A DNA stretch of 63,173 nucleotides, the filler included, from Atractiella rhizophila (taxonomy: Eukaryota), in assembly GCA_021432655.1 (NCBI GenBank). It is 9 parts of 9 records of this genome, joined end to end, with 100 filler letters (N's around TTAATTAATTAA, not from the genome) between each part and the next. Parts side by side here need not be neighbours in the genome. Positions count along the whole stretch, not along the records: positions 16,398 to 24,482 come from MU272173.1; positions 24,583 to 32,640 come from MU272174.1; positions 32,741 to 40,758 come from MU272175.1; 6 more parts are not named here. The stretch is one strand, 5' to 3'. The translations under genes and the position numbers were made by a program. The notes below the pieces were generated by a model, which searched no databases, was not told the DNA's origin, and saw only the letters and a list, made by a program, of their open reading frames with translations. Below, in pieces: positions 23,489 to 36,906 of this stretch. Each line of letters opens with the position of its first letter. Position 1 is the first letter of the stretch.

Positions 23489-25450
23489 AAGCCCAACAAA
23501 GGATATTACAAGCCACTAATCTCAAATACACGGAGACAAGCTTTCACTTCAGCGATTGAAAGGTGAGGGAGCCATGTCCTTGAAGCCTGCTATCAATTAT
23601 CAGTCGCATTGATGTCAGTTTCTATTCAACTATTCTTTCTCATTCGTTACCTACTTCTCATTTCGGGTTTTTCATCTCGTCCTGTTTCACTCAATTAATT
23701 CAGCGAGATTGACATCCTCTCCTCGATTCAGTTCTGAGGTATATTTGGTATATGTCCAATGTACATTTCCGGTCGTGAGTTAAATGATACCTGTTCCTCT
23801 GCACTTCCCTGCGTATTCGTCTTCTTCATGTTTTCGACGTGACCATCAAGTCTTTTGTCGAAGGAATTTTCGATGTACACTCTTTACTTCACAGTCTCGA
23901 TTAGGTACGGTATGATGTAGACTAGCTCCATCTGCGAACGTTCACATGTTTCAGACCTGTCAATCAAATAAATACGAACCTCTCTTGACTTTCTGACTCG
24001 TTACACGAAGGTAGCGGCAGACCTTTCGGTCCGAAAGATGCCTTCAAGGCAAGCTAACCATTAACTTATCGAATTAATCAAACGCTTAGAATCGCATGAA
24101 TTTGAAAAACAGCACAAAAGAAAGAGAGAATGCTAAAGCTGGCGAGAGGCACCCGAGTTGGATTGGAAGGTAAAAAGTGTTTATGACTATAACACGTAGT
24201 CGATTCTCATAGCCTCTTCTCCAGTCACGCACCATGTATAAGGGGTTGTACTGCGAAATGATTGCTGCTGCGAATTGTGTGTTGCAGCCTGAACGAGAAG
24301 CCAAGTGGGCGGAAAAGCGGGATCGACGGCTGCCAGGACACCAAGGGTCGGCGAAGCTGGTGAATGGTGAAGTGGCAGGAAGGAGAGTTGTGAGTGGAGA
24401 TGGTAGGTGTCGCTGCATAGCAGTTGGGGTCCTACACTGATTTGCTGGGTGACAGAAGCACTATAAGAATGCATACAACCTCNNNNNNNNNNNNNNNNNN
24501 NNNNNNNNNNNNNNNNNNNNNNNNNNTTAATTAATTAANNNNNNNNNNNNNNNNNNNNNNNNNNNNNNNNNNNNNNNNNNNNAGCTCTACTGCTGAACTA
24601 AAAGACGTGTTTCCTATGAAGTAATTGTTGAATGGATAATTGAGACCCTTAATGAGGTATTCCGGGTATACCAAACCACTGACAATCCGAGGTAGGCACA
24701 AAATCACGCGATGTTAAAGATCTATGTAAAATTTCAACCTTAGGTGTTAAGTTTCTGGGTACCACATAGTAGGTCGTTCTCTTTTCGTATCTCACACTCT
24801 CACCAACAAACTACCTTTGAGAACCGATCGTGTTCCTTGATTCTACATGTGCTGGCAATTAGAGTCGCATACGCATAAGTAACGAGTTTCACAACCATTC
24901 AGATGTTGAAAGTCTAGCACTTTGTCGGAGGGTGGGGCGGTGCAGAGGAAGGGAAGGTGCGCTGCGACCGTCTCCAGGAGTCAGGAGACCGCCGCGTTCA
25001 AATCTTGCTCGCCACTTGTCGCAAATTAATTCGAAACCTTGTGCAAATTGATTTATTAAGCAGCGGACACCGTAATGAGGCCGAGATGCGAAAGCGTGCG
25101 AACGGGCCGGCATCTAGCTGAACCTTGACTGAACCATGGCACATGTGCGTCATCATAGAGCCGAGAACAGGAATGCGACCTGATACTTAGAACCAGTACG
25201 TTACTTTTCTGTAAAGTGTAAAGCTGTACAGAGAGGTACTGCGTGAAGGAATGCGCTCGCGCAGTCTCGGCCTCGGCCGCTCCGCCTGCCTCGCCTTTAC
25301 AGCTTTTGCCCCTTTCAAAAATCGACGACGACTTGATCTGTAAAGAGTATCGCCCTTAAAAAATGGAGCTCGTTCGACGGCACCCTCCCTTTCCCACTCT
25401 CCTCTTACATCCAAACCACCTGCACCACCCTCCTTCGTTAATTTCAAGCC

Positions 25451-26557
25451 ATGAGTCGCAACCAGACTGAATGGCTCTCGGATGCATGGCTGGAGCAGGA
25501 TGCTCCCAGTTTGATCCGTGATGCAGACCTCATCAAGGTGTGTCCCTTTTCCTCTCCCCCTTTTGCCTTGCCCTTTACTCTGATGCTAATGAACTTTTAC
25601 AGCTCCTCCATGCGCTCCCTCTTGAGCAGCGAACGAACGTCTTCGCTTTCTACCTTGCCTCCCTCGATAACGGCGCCGCACATTCCACGTCCCAATCACC
25701 TCCCTCTTCCACCCTCTCCTCCCCGGTCAAGGTGAAGCAAGAGGATGAGGGAAAGGAGCGTGTCGTCATTGACCTAGAAGCTCCGTTCCCGATGCAGTTC
25801 CCTACGCAGTTCGCCAACGAGCATGAGGATGTCAAACCATCCCTCGCTGTTGAGACGGATCCCTTGGAAAGTGATGAGGAGGAGGCCGGTTTCTTGAGGG
25901 AGGAAATCAACGGGAAGAGATGTCCTTTTCGAAATAGTGTGGGTCCTCCGTGTGGAGGAGGTTTTGTTATGAAGCGATTTGGGCCGGTATGTTTTTTCCT
26001 TCATGTAAGGAGGATAGGAACGGAAGCTGAGAGCGATGAAGGGGCACCCCAAGCAGCACTCTCTGCTTCACAGCAACAGCCATTTCATGGGCTGCGAGAA
26101 CTACTCTGACCTCGACCCCCCTTACTCGCACATGTTCACTCGTATTCCCGCTCACATCGACCTGAAGAGGCTTGGACGGCACTTGGATCAACTGCCGAAG
26201 GCTCTCACCTTCTTAGGTGAGTTTCTTTTCTTTTCTTTCAAGTCAACATCTGCTGATATTCATACAGGGTCTTCATCATTGAAAGGGAAGGGTAAAGCTG
26301 CACCGACCACCTCCGCTCGCTATACCCCGTACCCTCCCTCCAGCGGCAGGTCCTCCAGCAGGGCCTCCACCTCTGCCTCCACCATCCCATCCTCATCTAG
26401 CTCTCCTACCCTCAGCAGCCCTTCTATTAGCCGCTCGACCAAGCGTACCCGACATGGAGCAACTACGGTAAAGGAAAGGCTGGAAGCACTTGAAGAGAGA
26501 TTTATTGGCATGGACGAGAAATTGACTCTGCTGTTAGATACCATGGTAGAAAAATAA
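25451..26557 (+). CDS. Transposon-associated Cys-rich hypothetical protein
   Basis: Spliced gene with CPF..CGG..KRF..FMGCENY..HMFTRIP (putative Zn-binding), a Ser-rich region and a C-terminal coiled coil (VKERLEALEERFIGMDEKL). Confidence 0.55.
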
Positions 26558-27160
26558 TAGACTCTTTAATCATAATGTTATTTGTTTCTTGATTACCTGC
26601 TTGGAGATAACGAGAGAATTGGTGAATTGTGTCCCAAAGTTATGGTCCAGAGAAAGTTAAGGCATCCGCAATACTAAAACTTAAAACTAAGTGTAAAACT
26701 CTGCAACGTCGCACATGATTTTTGCATTACAGAATTCCGAAAGAGTTTAACAGCCATTCAATTGGATTGAATTGAAAGGAGTGTGATCTCAAGATGGACA
26801 AAAGACCAGATTCAACAGGTGTGCGCCTCTCATTTGGGAAATGTTGGGGCGGTATTCATTTTTCTGTGATTACAGAACTTCCTGTTCAAATTCCTCAACA
26901 TTTATTGAATGCCTTGGAGCCAGACACCCCCAGGACATGTGAGCACAAACATAAATCATGAAAGCCGGCTGAAATTGATTGCAGTGTCTACCTCTGTCTA
27001 CTTTCCGAATGCAATAAATCCTATTATACCTCGCTCAACAACCCCTCCCCCAAATGTCAAACGAGGCCTGGATCATATCTCTCCCCAGCGACAATCAAAC
27101 CCGAAGCCATCCCAAATTCCTCGACTCTTAGCTCGAAGAACTGCACCTGCCCCCGCTGCC

Positions 27161-30100
27161 ATGGCAAGCTTAACCAGTATTGCCGCTCCCTCCTCCAGCG
27201 GCACACAAATTAGTCAAGCATTAGGACCGTCGGTCATCATCGATGGAGTTGATCTGGCTGCCCAAGCTGATCACCTAGCAGCTGCAAATCCACCCTCGTA
27301 TCCTCCTCCTGGTCTGTCTATCTTAGACCCATGGGCGCCTCTCTTTGTCGATTACAGTCAATACACTGGTTTCGACCGCTACCTCTTCGGAAAGGATTTG
27401 GACCTTGAGGCGTTCAAAAGAACCAAGGACGAAAAATCCCTGGGCACCGGATTCTATCATGTGGCCAACAGTCTTTGCCGATCAGTGGTCATGATTGTGG
27501 TGGTAAAAGGTGATGTGTGGCCATATCTGCCATCGACAATGGGAGGACGCCTTGGGTTCATGTTTTGTACTGAAAAGAAGACGGACTCAAAGGGAAAGCG
27601 GTATGAGGTTAGTGATGATGTGAGTTTACGGGTTTCTAGCATATTGCATTGTGTTGAAAGACTCACACGCATCCATTTAGCTTCAAGGATCTTGGCCGAA
27701 AGTGACATCTGGTCCCATTAATGGCAAGTGTTACGAAAACCTATCATCTCTTGAATGGCGTCACTATACCCTTGGGTGTGGATCATTTGCGAAACTGTGC
27801 CCCAACTTCGAATTTTCGCTCCTTGGAGATTCCCTACGCTATTTTCCTGACGTCAGCCAAATTGGCCCGTTGCACGCGGCGAGAGAACAATTTATTGGAA
27901 AACAAGTTCAATCTTGGAGTATGGCAGAGGTCACCGCTAAGTATGTTCTCTCTTTGATAGCTCTCCTTGCTTATAACAGTACCTAGTTGGTGGGGTGCCG
28001 TTATTGACAAGAAATATGGACGAAAGTGCCACAAGCTAGGATGTGGTGGTGATCTGAAGTTACTTGATCTCCGCCAGGTAACTATCCCGCACATCAGTGT
28101 GATAACTGCTGACATACTAGATAGTCCGGAACAGAGCGTAATGGCTTTGATGTTGAGATCCGCTGCTCGAAGATTGAGGAGAGCATTCCTCCACTCTTTC
28201 CCACCGAAGACGACTATGCTCAGCTGAAACATCAACACCACCTTCGTATTTCCCTTCCGGTCAGAACCTGCTTGGAGGTTCTGTATGGCTTGATGAACCA
28301 TGGGAAAGTGCCCGCAGACTTTCATCATGACTGGAAGCATGTGGCGAATTCTTGCAAGTATTGGCAGCCCACAGCATCTACTTTCCCACACTGTCGTAAG
28401 CCATTTCACTCTCCATTTATTTCAAGTTGAACTCGATACAAATTAGTATATCTCACATTGGACGACCATGGTACAGTAAAGCATCCAGCTTTGATACCTG
28501 GAAAGAAAGCTGGTTGTCAAGTCAAAATGCAGGTGCTAGAAGAACTAGAGCCAAAGGAGATGGTGCAGCTAGACACAACAACAGGTCCAAGGAAACGTCT
28601 TCAAACTGGTACTCTCTCACAAATTATCTAATTGAAAAGCTGATGATTACTACTTCTAGGAACATTTTTTCTCATACCTACGGGAGGCCACAATCATCCC
28701 TCACCACCACCAACAAAGCTTACATCTCAAGGGCTTGATTTTGTGACAGCGTGTCTCAAGCTATTGTCTAAGGCCGAGAAACCAACTAGTAGTAGCCTGC
28801 TCAACAGTATGTGGTATTGTTGAACCCTTTAGTCACCTGAGCTCAGATTACTCTAGGCCGTCTTTTACGATCTCTACTTCCACACAATGCAACAGTTGCC
28901 GAAATATTACCTTCACTAGGAAATCAAAACAAACGGAAGAGGACGACAGAAAAGTTTCGACAATATCAACCTTCAACAATGAGCATGACAACAACATCCA
29001 CTTTTCAAGGTATGAAATGCTATTGAAGTATATGTGGTGGCACATATACTTAACCTTTCTCAGAGCTATTCACTCTTTGGGACGAAGATCGGCGACAGTC
29101 TGATGTGAACGACCGATTTCTTCGGGAAGTTCGACAATTCGCTGATGGTTTCCAGCTAGTTGTCTGCTTCACCCAGTTTCAAGCAGAACAGTTTCACAAG
29201 TGTGAACTCATTTATGTCGATGTCACCTACAAGGCTGTAGAACATCTGAGTGGATTAAAGGAGTGGAATGTGGCTACTATGTTGCCTAGTAGAGAGCGTA
29301 AGTTGTCTGCTTCGTCCTGTGATCACTAGTTCAACAGTGGAAAGGAACGACTCTTGCGCATGTCTTCTTAAACTTGGAGACAACAGTGGCATTTGGTCGG
29401 GTTTTCGAAACATATTTCAGACTGGTTGAAGAGGTTTCAGGAAAGCCGGTCAAATTCGCATTCTACGATGGATGGAACTCCGGTCGCAGTCTCTTGGGGA
29501 TTGTGGCAGATCTTCAGAAATCTCAGATGGATAGTGCGGGAACCTGGACTCGAAATCAGATAATCAAGCTCGAAATCCCTGCGCCAGCTGGTTGGGGACC
29601 GAATGAATGGCCGCCTTCAAAGCTAGAATGCATAAGAAATATGGCTCTGGCTTGCAAGACCCATATTGGACGGTGCGAGACTAATTGGTTCCATTGATCT
29701 ATTGAGATTTCAAACTGATTGCTGCTGTTGATAATTAGTGGCCTTATCCCAATCAAGTCGGCACTTATGACTGATAGTGCTAGCCAGTCTATATTCGAAC
29801 AATGCCGAAAAGACTCCGCACAGAGTGATTCCTCGAAAAGAGTGTTATTAACCAATCCCATTACCTTTTCAGCTCCCGCAATCAACACAGAGCGCCTGCG
29901 TGATTTTATATCTAATTTTTCAGAAATTTCAGACATTAATGTTTGGGAACAATGGATTGCAGTTGTGAAACTGATTCCTAATCATAATTTCCAAAGTAAG
30001 TCTTTTGAATGATGTGCTAACTTGCTAACTTTTTGTTGGTTTGTGCCAGATTGGCTACGAAACAAAGAGAGTCTCGGATGGTTCTGGTCAGTCTCCGTCA

Positions 30101-30880
30101 GATGCCTTTCGGGCTTTCCGTCGCACATCTGGGATCAACTCAATGCTAAATCTTCTAATATCGTTGAATCATCTCACAAGACGACATACGAACGGGCCGG
30201 CATTTTATTATCTATCAAACAGTGTATTCTTAAGTAATTATATCAGCCACCTCCTAGTTCATTACTGACTTTGTTGTGGTAGCCGGCGCAATATTGACCT
30301 AGATATAGCACGTCGCATTATATCTTCAGATCACCACGGCATTTCCAATCGGGGTCCAAGTCAAAACACCTTCTTTAGTCGCTCAGTTGACAAGGATGCT
30401 CGACAGCAACGTGCAGTTCAACAATCTCAGCCATCAGCCAAAGCATCTCTCTCTGAGCGCAACATCAACAGGGTTGTCGCTGTGATTAAAATGTGGTATA
30501 GTGATTATAGACAACAACAGAAGAACACGGTGGCTTACAGTGGGGAGAGGAAGGAAGTGAATAGATTATTAAGTGCGATAAAAGCAAAATTGGGCGAGTG
30601 GAGGCGACTGGAGAAGTTGTTTGAGCCTAGACTGACTATGTCTGAGGATGAGGTGAAGAAAATGCTGGCAGAGGCGTGGAGTGGGCTTATGGATGATGGT
30701 TCACCACTGTTTGCATTGGTGCAGTCGTCGGAAAGTCTCCAAGCACTCGAAAATGAGAAGGTATGTCATTTCCTTTCTCATCTTGTTGTAGTAGTCTCAT
30801 ATCAGTGTGCAATCTCTAGTTCTTCTATTTTCGAGCCACTTCACACAGGGTTTGTATTCCCTTCTAAACAAAGATGCTAA
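27161..30880 (+). CDS. MULE-family DDE transposase-like protein (multi-exon; ends approximate)
   Basis: HNHPSPPPTK, YVDVTYK (D1), GIVAD (D2), CKTH (CxxH), W..K and SNIVESSH (E) appear in the order typical of Mutator transposases. Confidence 0.7.
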
Positions 30881-32740
30881 TGTTGTTGATTATTAAGTTT
30901 AGAGCCCCTCGCCCACATTAAGGGACTATTCCGTCACTCTGGACCTTGTTCTTAACTCGAAATGAGGCATAATGATATATTTAGAATTAAAGCTCTTGCT
31001 TACAAATAAATTTTACATCTGTTTCAATCTGCTGAAGAAGAAAGAGATAAAGCAGTATCAAGACGGCGCATAGAACAATGAACTCTACGGTATGCTTCAT
31101 GTGGAATGAATGCCCTTTCGAGTGCGCTGATCTTCATCTTGACTTTACAAACAATGACCGGAGCTACAGCGAGCCACCTAATGGTGTTCCTTTACACTCC
31201 GGTCACTGAACGACTACTTCATCTCTTACTCCAACTGAAACCCATTTACGAAAGAAAGCATGAACAAAAAACTCAGCTCATCAGCAACCGGTCCCTTCTT
31301 CCCAATCCGACTACTATCCAAATATCAAATATCCAGACACAGCTCACATTCCTTCATGCTCAAACTACGTGGTTGGATGTGAAATAGGCATGAATATCTA
31401 TAATCCTTGTCAGTTCAGTCTTACTGCCTTAAATGAGAAAGTTAATGGGCCAAAACATACCTTCTGTGCGCCTACTAATGTAAATAAGATAAAATGAGTG
31501 GCTGATGAGGCAAGCGAGGAGCCTGCATATGTTTCTCAACTCAATTAGCATTGCAATCCATATTTCCTTATTTTACAGCCCTTCAACCCGATCTGTCGCA
31601 TCCTCTATCAATGAAATGGTATCACCTATCCCCAATACTAAGTTAGAAAGTGTTAAAAACAACATGACAAAGTAACCGTCTTTCTTTCCCCTTCCAGTGT
31701 TAGAAACTGATGCTGGAAATGGATTGACATATCTTGGGAGTTCCAGCAAGCTATGCCGCCCTTCCAGCATTCTAGGCTACCTACTGCAGGAGTTCCAGTG
31801 CAGGAGAGGAGCCCATAACAGCATGAAAAGGCACGACGGGAACGAAAAAACCAAAAACTCTCATTCAGACCTGTTGGCAAGGAAAGCTGAAGACGTACCG
31901 TTGTGATGTTGGAGAGAAAGCAAAGTAAAACAACCCAAACACCTTTGAATAGCTTAATAACGCGCGTCGTCAACTGAAAGAATAGCGCCGCTCGTCTAGT
32001 TTGGAAAGAGAAGGTGAGGAGAAAGGCTGAGCGGCGCTTTATGCTATCATAAAGTGCAGTGGAGTGGAGGGGAGGAGGGAGGAGCAGGAAGGAGGGTTTG
32101 GCGTCGAAAGCAGTATTGAAAGGGAGAAGGGGGAGGAAAACACGAAGAGAGTTGGAAAGAGGGGAGAGCGAGAACGAACGAGGATAACATGCTGACACAT
32201 TGAGCTGACGTGTTCGGAAGAAGGGGACCCGACGCCGTTGTAACGGCCAGGCGTTCGGTACCCTAATCGTACTTTACACTTTACAGAAAAGGTACTTACT
32301 CGGGTCAAAATAGTCGAAGTTATGTTAAGTCAATTCTTAATTTAGGCGGTTCGATTTGCCGCTCGGTCTCGCAACGATCACTCCATTTTGAAGGTTATTG
32401 CAGATATTACAGTTGAAAGGGATTGAATGGAGATCAGTAGTGAGCGCTGCTTACGAGCTTACGACGTGAAGGAGTTATTTCTCACACGCTCACTTAAAAC
32501 GGCGCACCTCATGAAACTTTTTCTCCTCCAACGTTTTCAAACTCAGCTTCGCTCTAAGAATAGTGACGACGACACGCACCAACGCGCTTCCCTTTGTTGC
32601 CAGTTCCCTGGAAAAACCGTCTCCGGCTCCTCCTACACAANNNNNNNNNNNNNNNNNNNNNNNNNNNNNNNNNNNNNNNNNNNNTTAATTAATTAANNNN
32701 NNNNNNNNNNNNNNNNNNNNNNNNNNNNNNNNNNNNNNNN

Positions 32741-35483
32741 GGACGGACTGAAAACTGATGAAAGTTAACTGTGAACATAATCTTGGTGACAATCGGCACG
32801 GGTATTGGAGGCATCAGGTGTATGGCTGGTGTTTGCAGTGGACATGGAACGGCGCTGAGTGCTGGGCCTGTCACACGGTTTGGCGGCGTGCAAGCTGTCT
32901 TAAGATTGCTTTCCAAACCTTTGCATGTGGGATTGGGTCAAGGGTTCTGTACCTATCTCTGAATATTTGTAGGAGGTCCCAGATCCAATGACTGATGACT
33001 GAATGCGGGATTGCCATCTATTGTTCTCTTCTTGCACTTGCTACCGATAGAATAGCAGCTCAGTGCATGTGACTGACGATTGTGCAAGGAAAAAAAACGG
33101 GAATGTAGCTTACGATAATATGCTGACAAGCTTTTCTGAGAATGGTGGCTCTTGGATCTTTCGCACTAGACAGGACTGTCAGGATGGCTACAGACCAACA
33201 GCTAACCAACTGAACTAAAAGAGCTAATGATGGGTGTTTACACCCATCTTGGTCTGTACCTAAGATATATCAGGGGCTCGAACCCTGACATCACCCCCTT
33301 GTTCTTTGTATCTTTGTGTCTGTGTGCTTTCTGGTCTGACTCACAGCCTATGGCTGCTAGGACAGCCCCTTTTGGGTCTTACTCTTCTCTAGACTTACAA
33401 CCTGCACAGGACAAGCAGCCACACAACAGAACACAACAGAATGCAACAGAACAAAGTTAACTTAAGAAGCTGACCCCCCAGCTCCGTAACCCCCCTACAA
33501 GGTCACCACTCCTGGACCGGGGCCCAGGGAGCTGTAAGCAGCTGGGACTGGGATTCGAACCAACGACCCACGTAACCCATCATTCTGTCAGGATGGCTAC
33601 AGATCAACACCTAACCAACTGAACTAAAAGAGCTAATGATGGGTGTTTACACCCATCTTGGTCTGTACTTAAGGTATATCAGGGGCTCGAACCCTGACAA
33701 GGACGAGCCGGCGAAGCTCCTCGAAACTTCGATTAATGGTTTCCCTACGTTTTTGTTCTGCAAACTGCAATCATCAGCGTCCCTGAAGGCATACATCAAC
33801 AGGCTAGCCACTAACCATAAACAACGTGAGCTAGTTACCGGGGAGTTCGCTCAAGAGCTGCAACTTCACCGATGTAGCTTTTTCTCATTGCAGATCCTCT
33901 GCCGGTGACTTCCTGATGGTCTTCACTAACTGGAGAAGATCGCTCTGATACTCCTTCGGAAGTTGATGTAAATGGTTGGCTGTAGAGAGGATGTACAACG
34001 GCAGCAGAGTATGGAGTCGGTGGAGGGGATCTTTCCTGGTGAAGCGGAAAACCTGCAATGCGGCAGAAAGTGAAAGGCTTTCCCTAGGGTCGAATACGTG
34101 GCGCAGATCTAAGATCTGGGGGTGATTGGTACGAGAAAGATTGATCAGACCTTTCTGCTTCGACATCTTTTGTGTTGAAGGGATTTGATGCTGCTTTACA
34201 TAGGAAAACAAAAATGCAATGTGTCCACACCAATTCTCTTGCCTGTATAAGCACAGAACTTGTAAGAGGAAGACTGTAATCCGAGAATTGAGCAACGAGT
34301 GGAGTCGACAGAAGGAAGAAGGGATAGTCAGGTAACAGATGACAGCGGCTTGAGGATGTCGACTGTTATGATGTGATGAAATCTTGACTGAGACCAATTC
34401 TTACTATGTGACGAACAGGAGTGTTCATTTTTATTCGGTGTCCTCCCCAAGCTATGATGATCATGATGGCAGAAACCCATGGCAAAGAAACGTTCTACTT
34501 ACTACTTGACAACATTGGCTAAGAAAAGATTGGAACCGTCTTGTCTTAGGCTGTTTCTGGCCACGCAGATTCCACGCAAAACAAAGTCAGTTCGTGCAAG
34601 TGGGCTGTTTGCGGGCCGAAGGGGTCGAGAGTTTGCTGATAGTGCCAGCAGGAACTCCGTTTTCCAAAATGATTTTCGACACATTTGTCAACCTCCATTG
34701 AAGTTTCAGCGTGACAGTGAACGAACAAGTGCGATGGTCACATCCAAACCGGGAAGGTTTTTGGGCCCTTAACCAAAGGTCGTGCTTTGGCGTTCCTCCT
34801 TAAAAGTTGATATTTTGATGTCGACCGAACTGCAAACAGCCTAAGCAGTCCAAATAACGGTCTTTCTTTCGGTCTTTGCCCTCTTTCCATTGTTTGCCAC
34901 ATCACTCAATATTCCTAATTACATGACTCGATCCTGTTTACGTTCTTTGGCCTAATTCAACATGGTAAGCCCAGCGGAACATTGTGGCATATGCGGATGA
35001 AGTGGCACAATAAGGACTTTGGAGTAGGTTCCTTCAAATTTACGGTCCATTATCATGACTGAAGCAAAACGAGGCGTAATATGGAACAACACTGGTTCTC
35101 CATCAGGCGACAAGCACAACTATGTCTCCATTTGTCCTAGTAAGTATGAATTCAAGGGCTGCTAGATGGCTTATTCATGTAAGTTGGTGGCCAGCCAAAG
35201 TAAAAATACCACAGTACTCTCATTGAGATTGAGGTTAAATTCGTTTACAGACAGCATGATGGAGGAGATAGGTACAGAACCCTTGACCCAATCCCACATG
35301 CAAAGGATTGGAAAGCAATCTTAAGACAGCTTGCACGCCGCCAAACCGTGTGACAGGCCCAGCACTCAGCGCCGTTCCATGTCCACTACAAACACCAGCC
35401 ATACACCTGATGCCTCCAATACCCGTGCCGATTGTCACCAAGATTATGTTCACAGTTAACTTTCATCAGTTTTCAGTCCGTCC
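32741..35483. repeat. 219-bp inverted repeat pair (32741-32959 and 35265-35483)
   Basis: Reverse-complement copies with 2 mismatches; the left copy starts exactly at the scaffold start. Confidence 0.9.
33177..33699 (-). mobile_element. TRIM (non-autonomous miniature LTR retrotransposon)
   Basis: 114-bp LTRs at 33177-33290 and 33586-33699 (TGTCAGG...CCTGACA, 4 mismatches), 5-bp target-site duplication AGGAC on both sides, polypurine tract AGAACAAGGGGGTGA on the minus strand, no coding capacity. Confidence 0.92.
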
Positions 35484-35577
35484 ACAATCAATATCAATAC
35501 TTTTGCTTACAAGAAAGAGACTGCTACTCCTTTGCCTCCTCGGCAAGACGGAGTTGAATCAGTGATATCTTAAAAGG

Positions 35578-36906
35578 ATGGACTCCTCCATCAAGAACAA
35601 AGGCAACAAAGAGCTCGAGAAGGAAGCACACTTTCCAAAACAACTGTTTACCTATCTAACCACGATCCTCAAAGGATCACCTTGACACTCAGGCCTCTGG
35701 GCCACATGGACTCGCTTCAAATTTGGATGTCCAATCGTCCGATCTCGCAGGTGCGTTCCACCATCTTATGTAATGCAGCCAGCCTGAGCCTTCTTCTGTC
35801 TGCGGGGTTTGATTTAGGACCAATTTCCAAAAGCAAAATTTCTTCCCATCGAATTGGTTCAACATGCATTATCCTTCCTCACCGCGAACGAGCTCGTACC
35901 TGCCTCGCTTGCTTGCAGAGCGGGAATCAATGCGCCGAATCTTTCCCGTATTCCTCCCTTCCCCTCAGCTCCTCCATAAAGACAACAAAGCTCGCTACTA
36001 CCTTAGAACGCAGGATTTACCTTTCACATTCGGTATCTTCTTTATTAGATCCCAGACATTTAGATCAGTTGGGCCTAGCTCATCTGGAAAGCTGGGAGAA
36101 GGCGTTAGCCATCTGCCCTAATGTCCGAACCATGCATTTTAAGCGAGGACTCGCACATGACATATGTGTCAAACTCATGCAGCCTTTCTCACAAAATCTG
36201 CTCGAAATCTCCCTGGACGAAACTGGGTCCCAGCATCGAAAGGAATTTATCGCTGGAACTAATCTTTTGGTCTACTGTCTTGGCCTCCCCAATCTCCAAA
36301 AGCTTTCAGTCACGAGGATTAAGCTTCTGCTTCTCTCTTTCATGCGCCAATAGCTCCTCTCCGGCACCTTACTTGGATTGACTACTCCATGACACCAGTC
36401 TTACCAGCCATTCTCAATACCTGTAAAGGCGCTCTGTTACGCCTCCACCTTGCTCACCTGGCATTCCCAACTTCACGGATTGACGACCCGCTGACACACG
36501 ATTTTCGAATTGCTCTACGCCAACTGCATAGGCTCAAGGAGTTTACCTTTGAGCCGAATCCCCACTCTGGCTTCGTAGCAGCCATGGACAATCTCATTGT
36601 TGACGTTCCAACGGTCAGAAGGCTCAAATGCGGATGGAAGAGCTACACTCGGTGTCTGTTCGTGAGACTTCCTGACGGTTTGGAGGCCCTCGAGGTTGAG
36701 ATTACTTCGGAGACGAGCGTGATGGCAGCGGAGGCACTAATCCAGAGAGGGAAGAAGAATATTAAATAAAGATCGCTCTCGTACATGGTGACAAGGATCC
36801 ATCCTGTGATGTTAGGAAAGCTTTCAAGTTGGAAAGTCTTGAGAGGGTCTGTGACATGCTGGATGTGCGCTTGGTACTTTTGCGTAATGCTACATTTCCC
36901 CGCTGA
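35578..36906 (+). pseudogene. F-box/LRR-like gene, disrupted
   Basis: Fragments CPNVRTMHF, LPNLQKLSV, LHRLKEFTF and LPDGLEALEV lie in different frames with stops between them. Confidence 0.5.

Larger units (their letters stand above)
25194..32303 (+). mobile_element. Mutator/MULE-like DNA transposon of about 7.1 kb with imperfect inverted ends
   Basis: Exact 20-nt inverted repeat CTTTTCTGTAAAGTGTAAAG (25204-25223 and 32272-32291) with further imperfect flanking match, enclosing a MULE-type transposase and a second gene. Confidence 0.55.

Noticed and set aside
33545..33575. tRNA gene
   Set aside because: Only a T-arm-like motif is present, with no acceptor, D or anticodon arms; reported as a motif within the TRIM.
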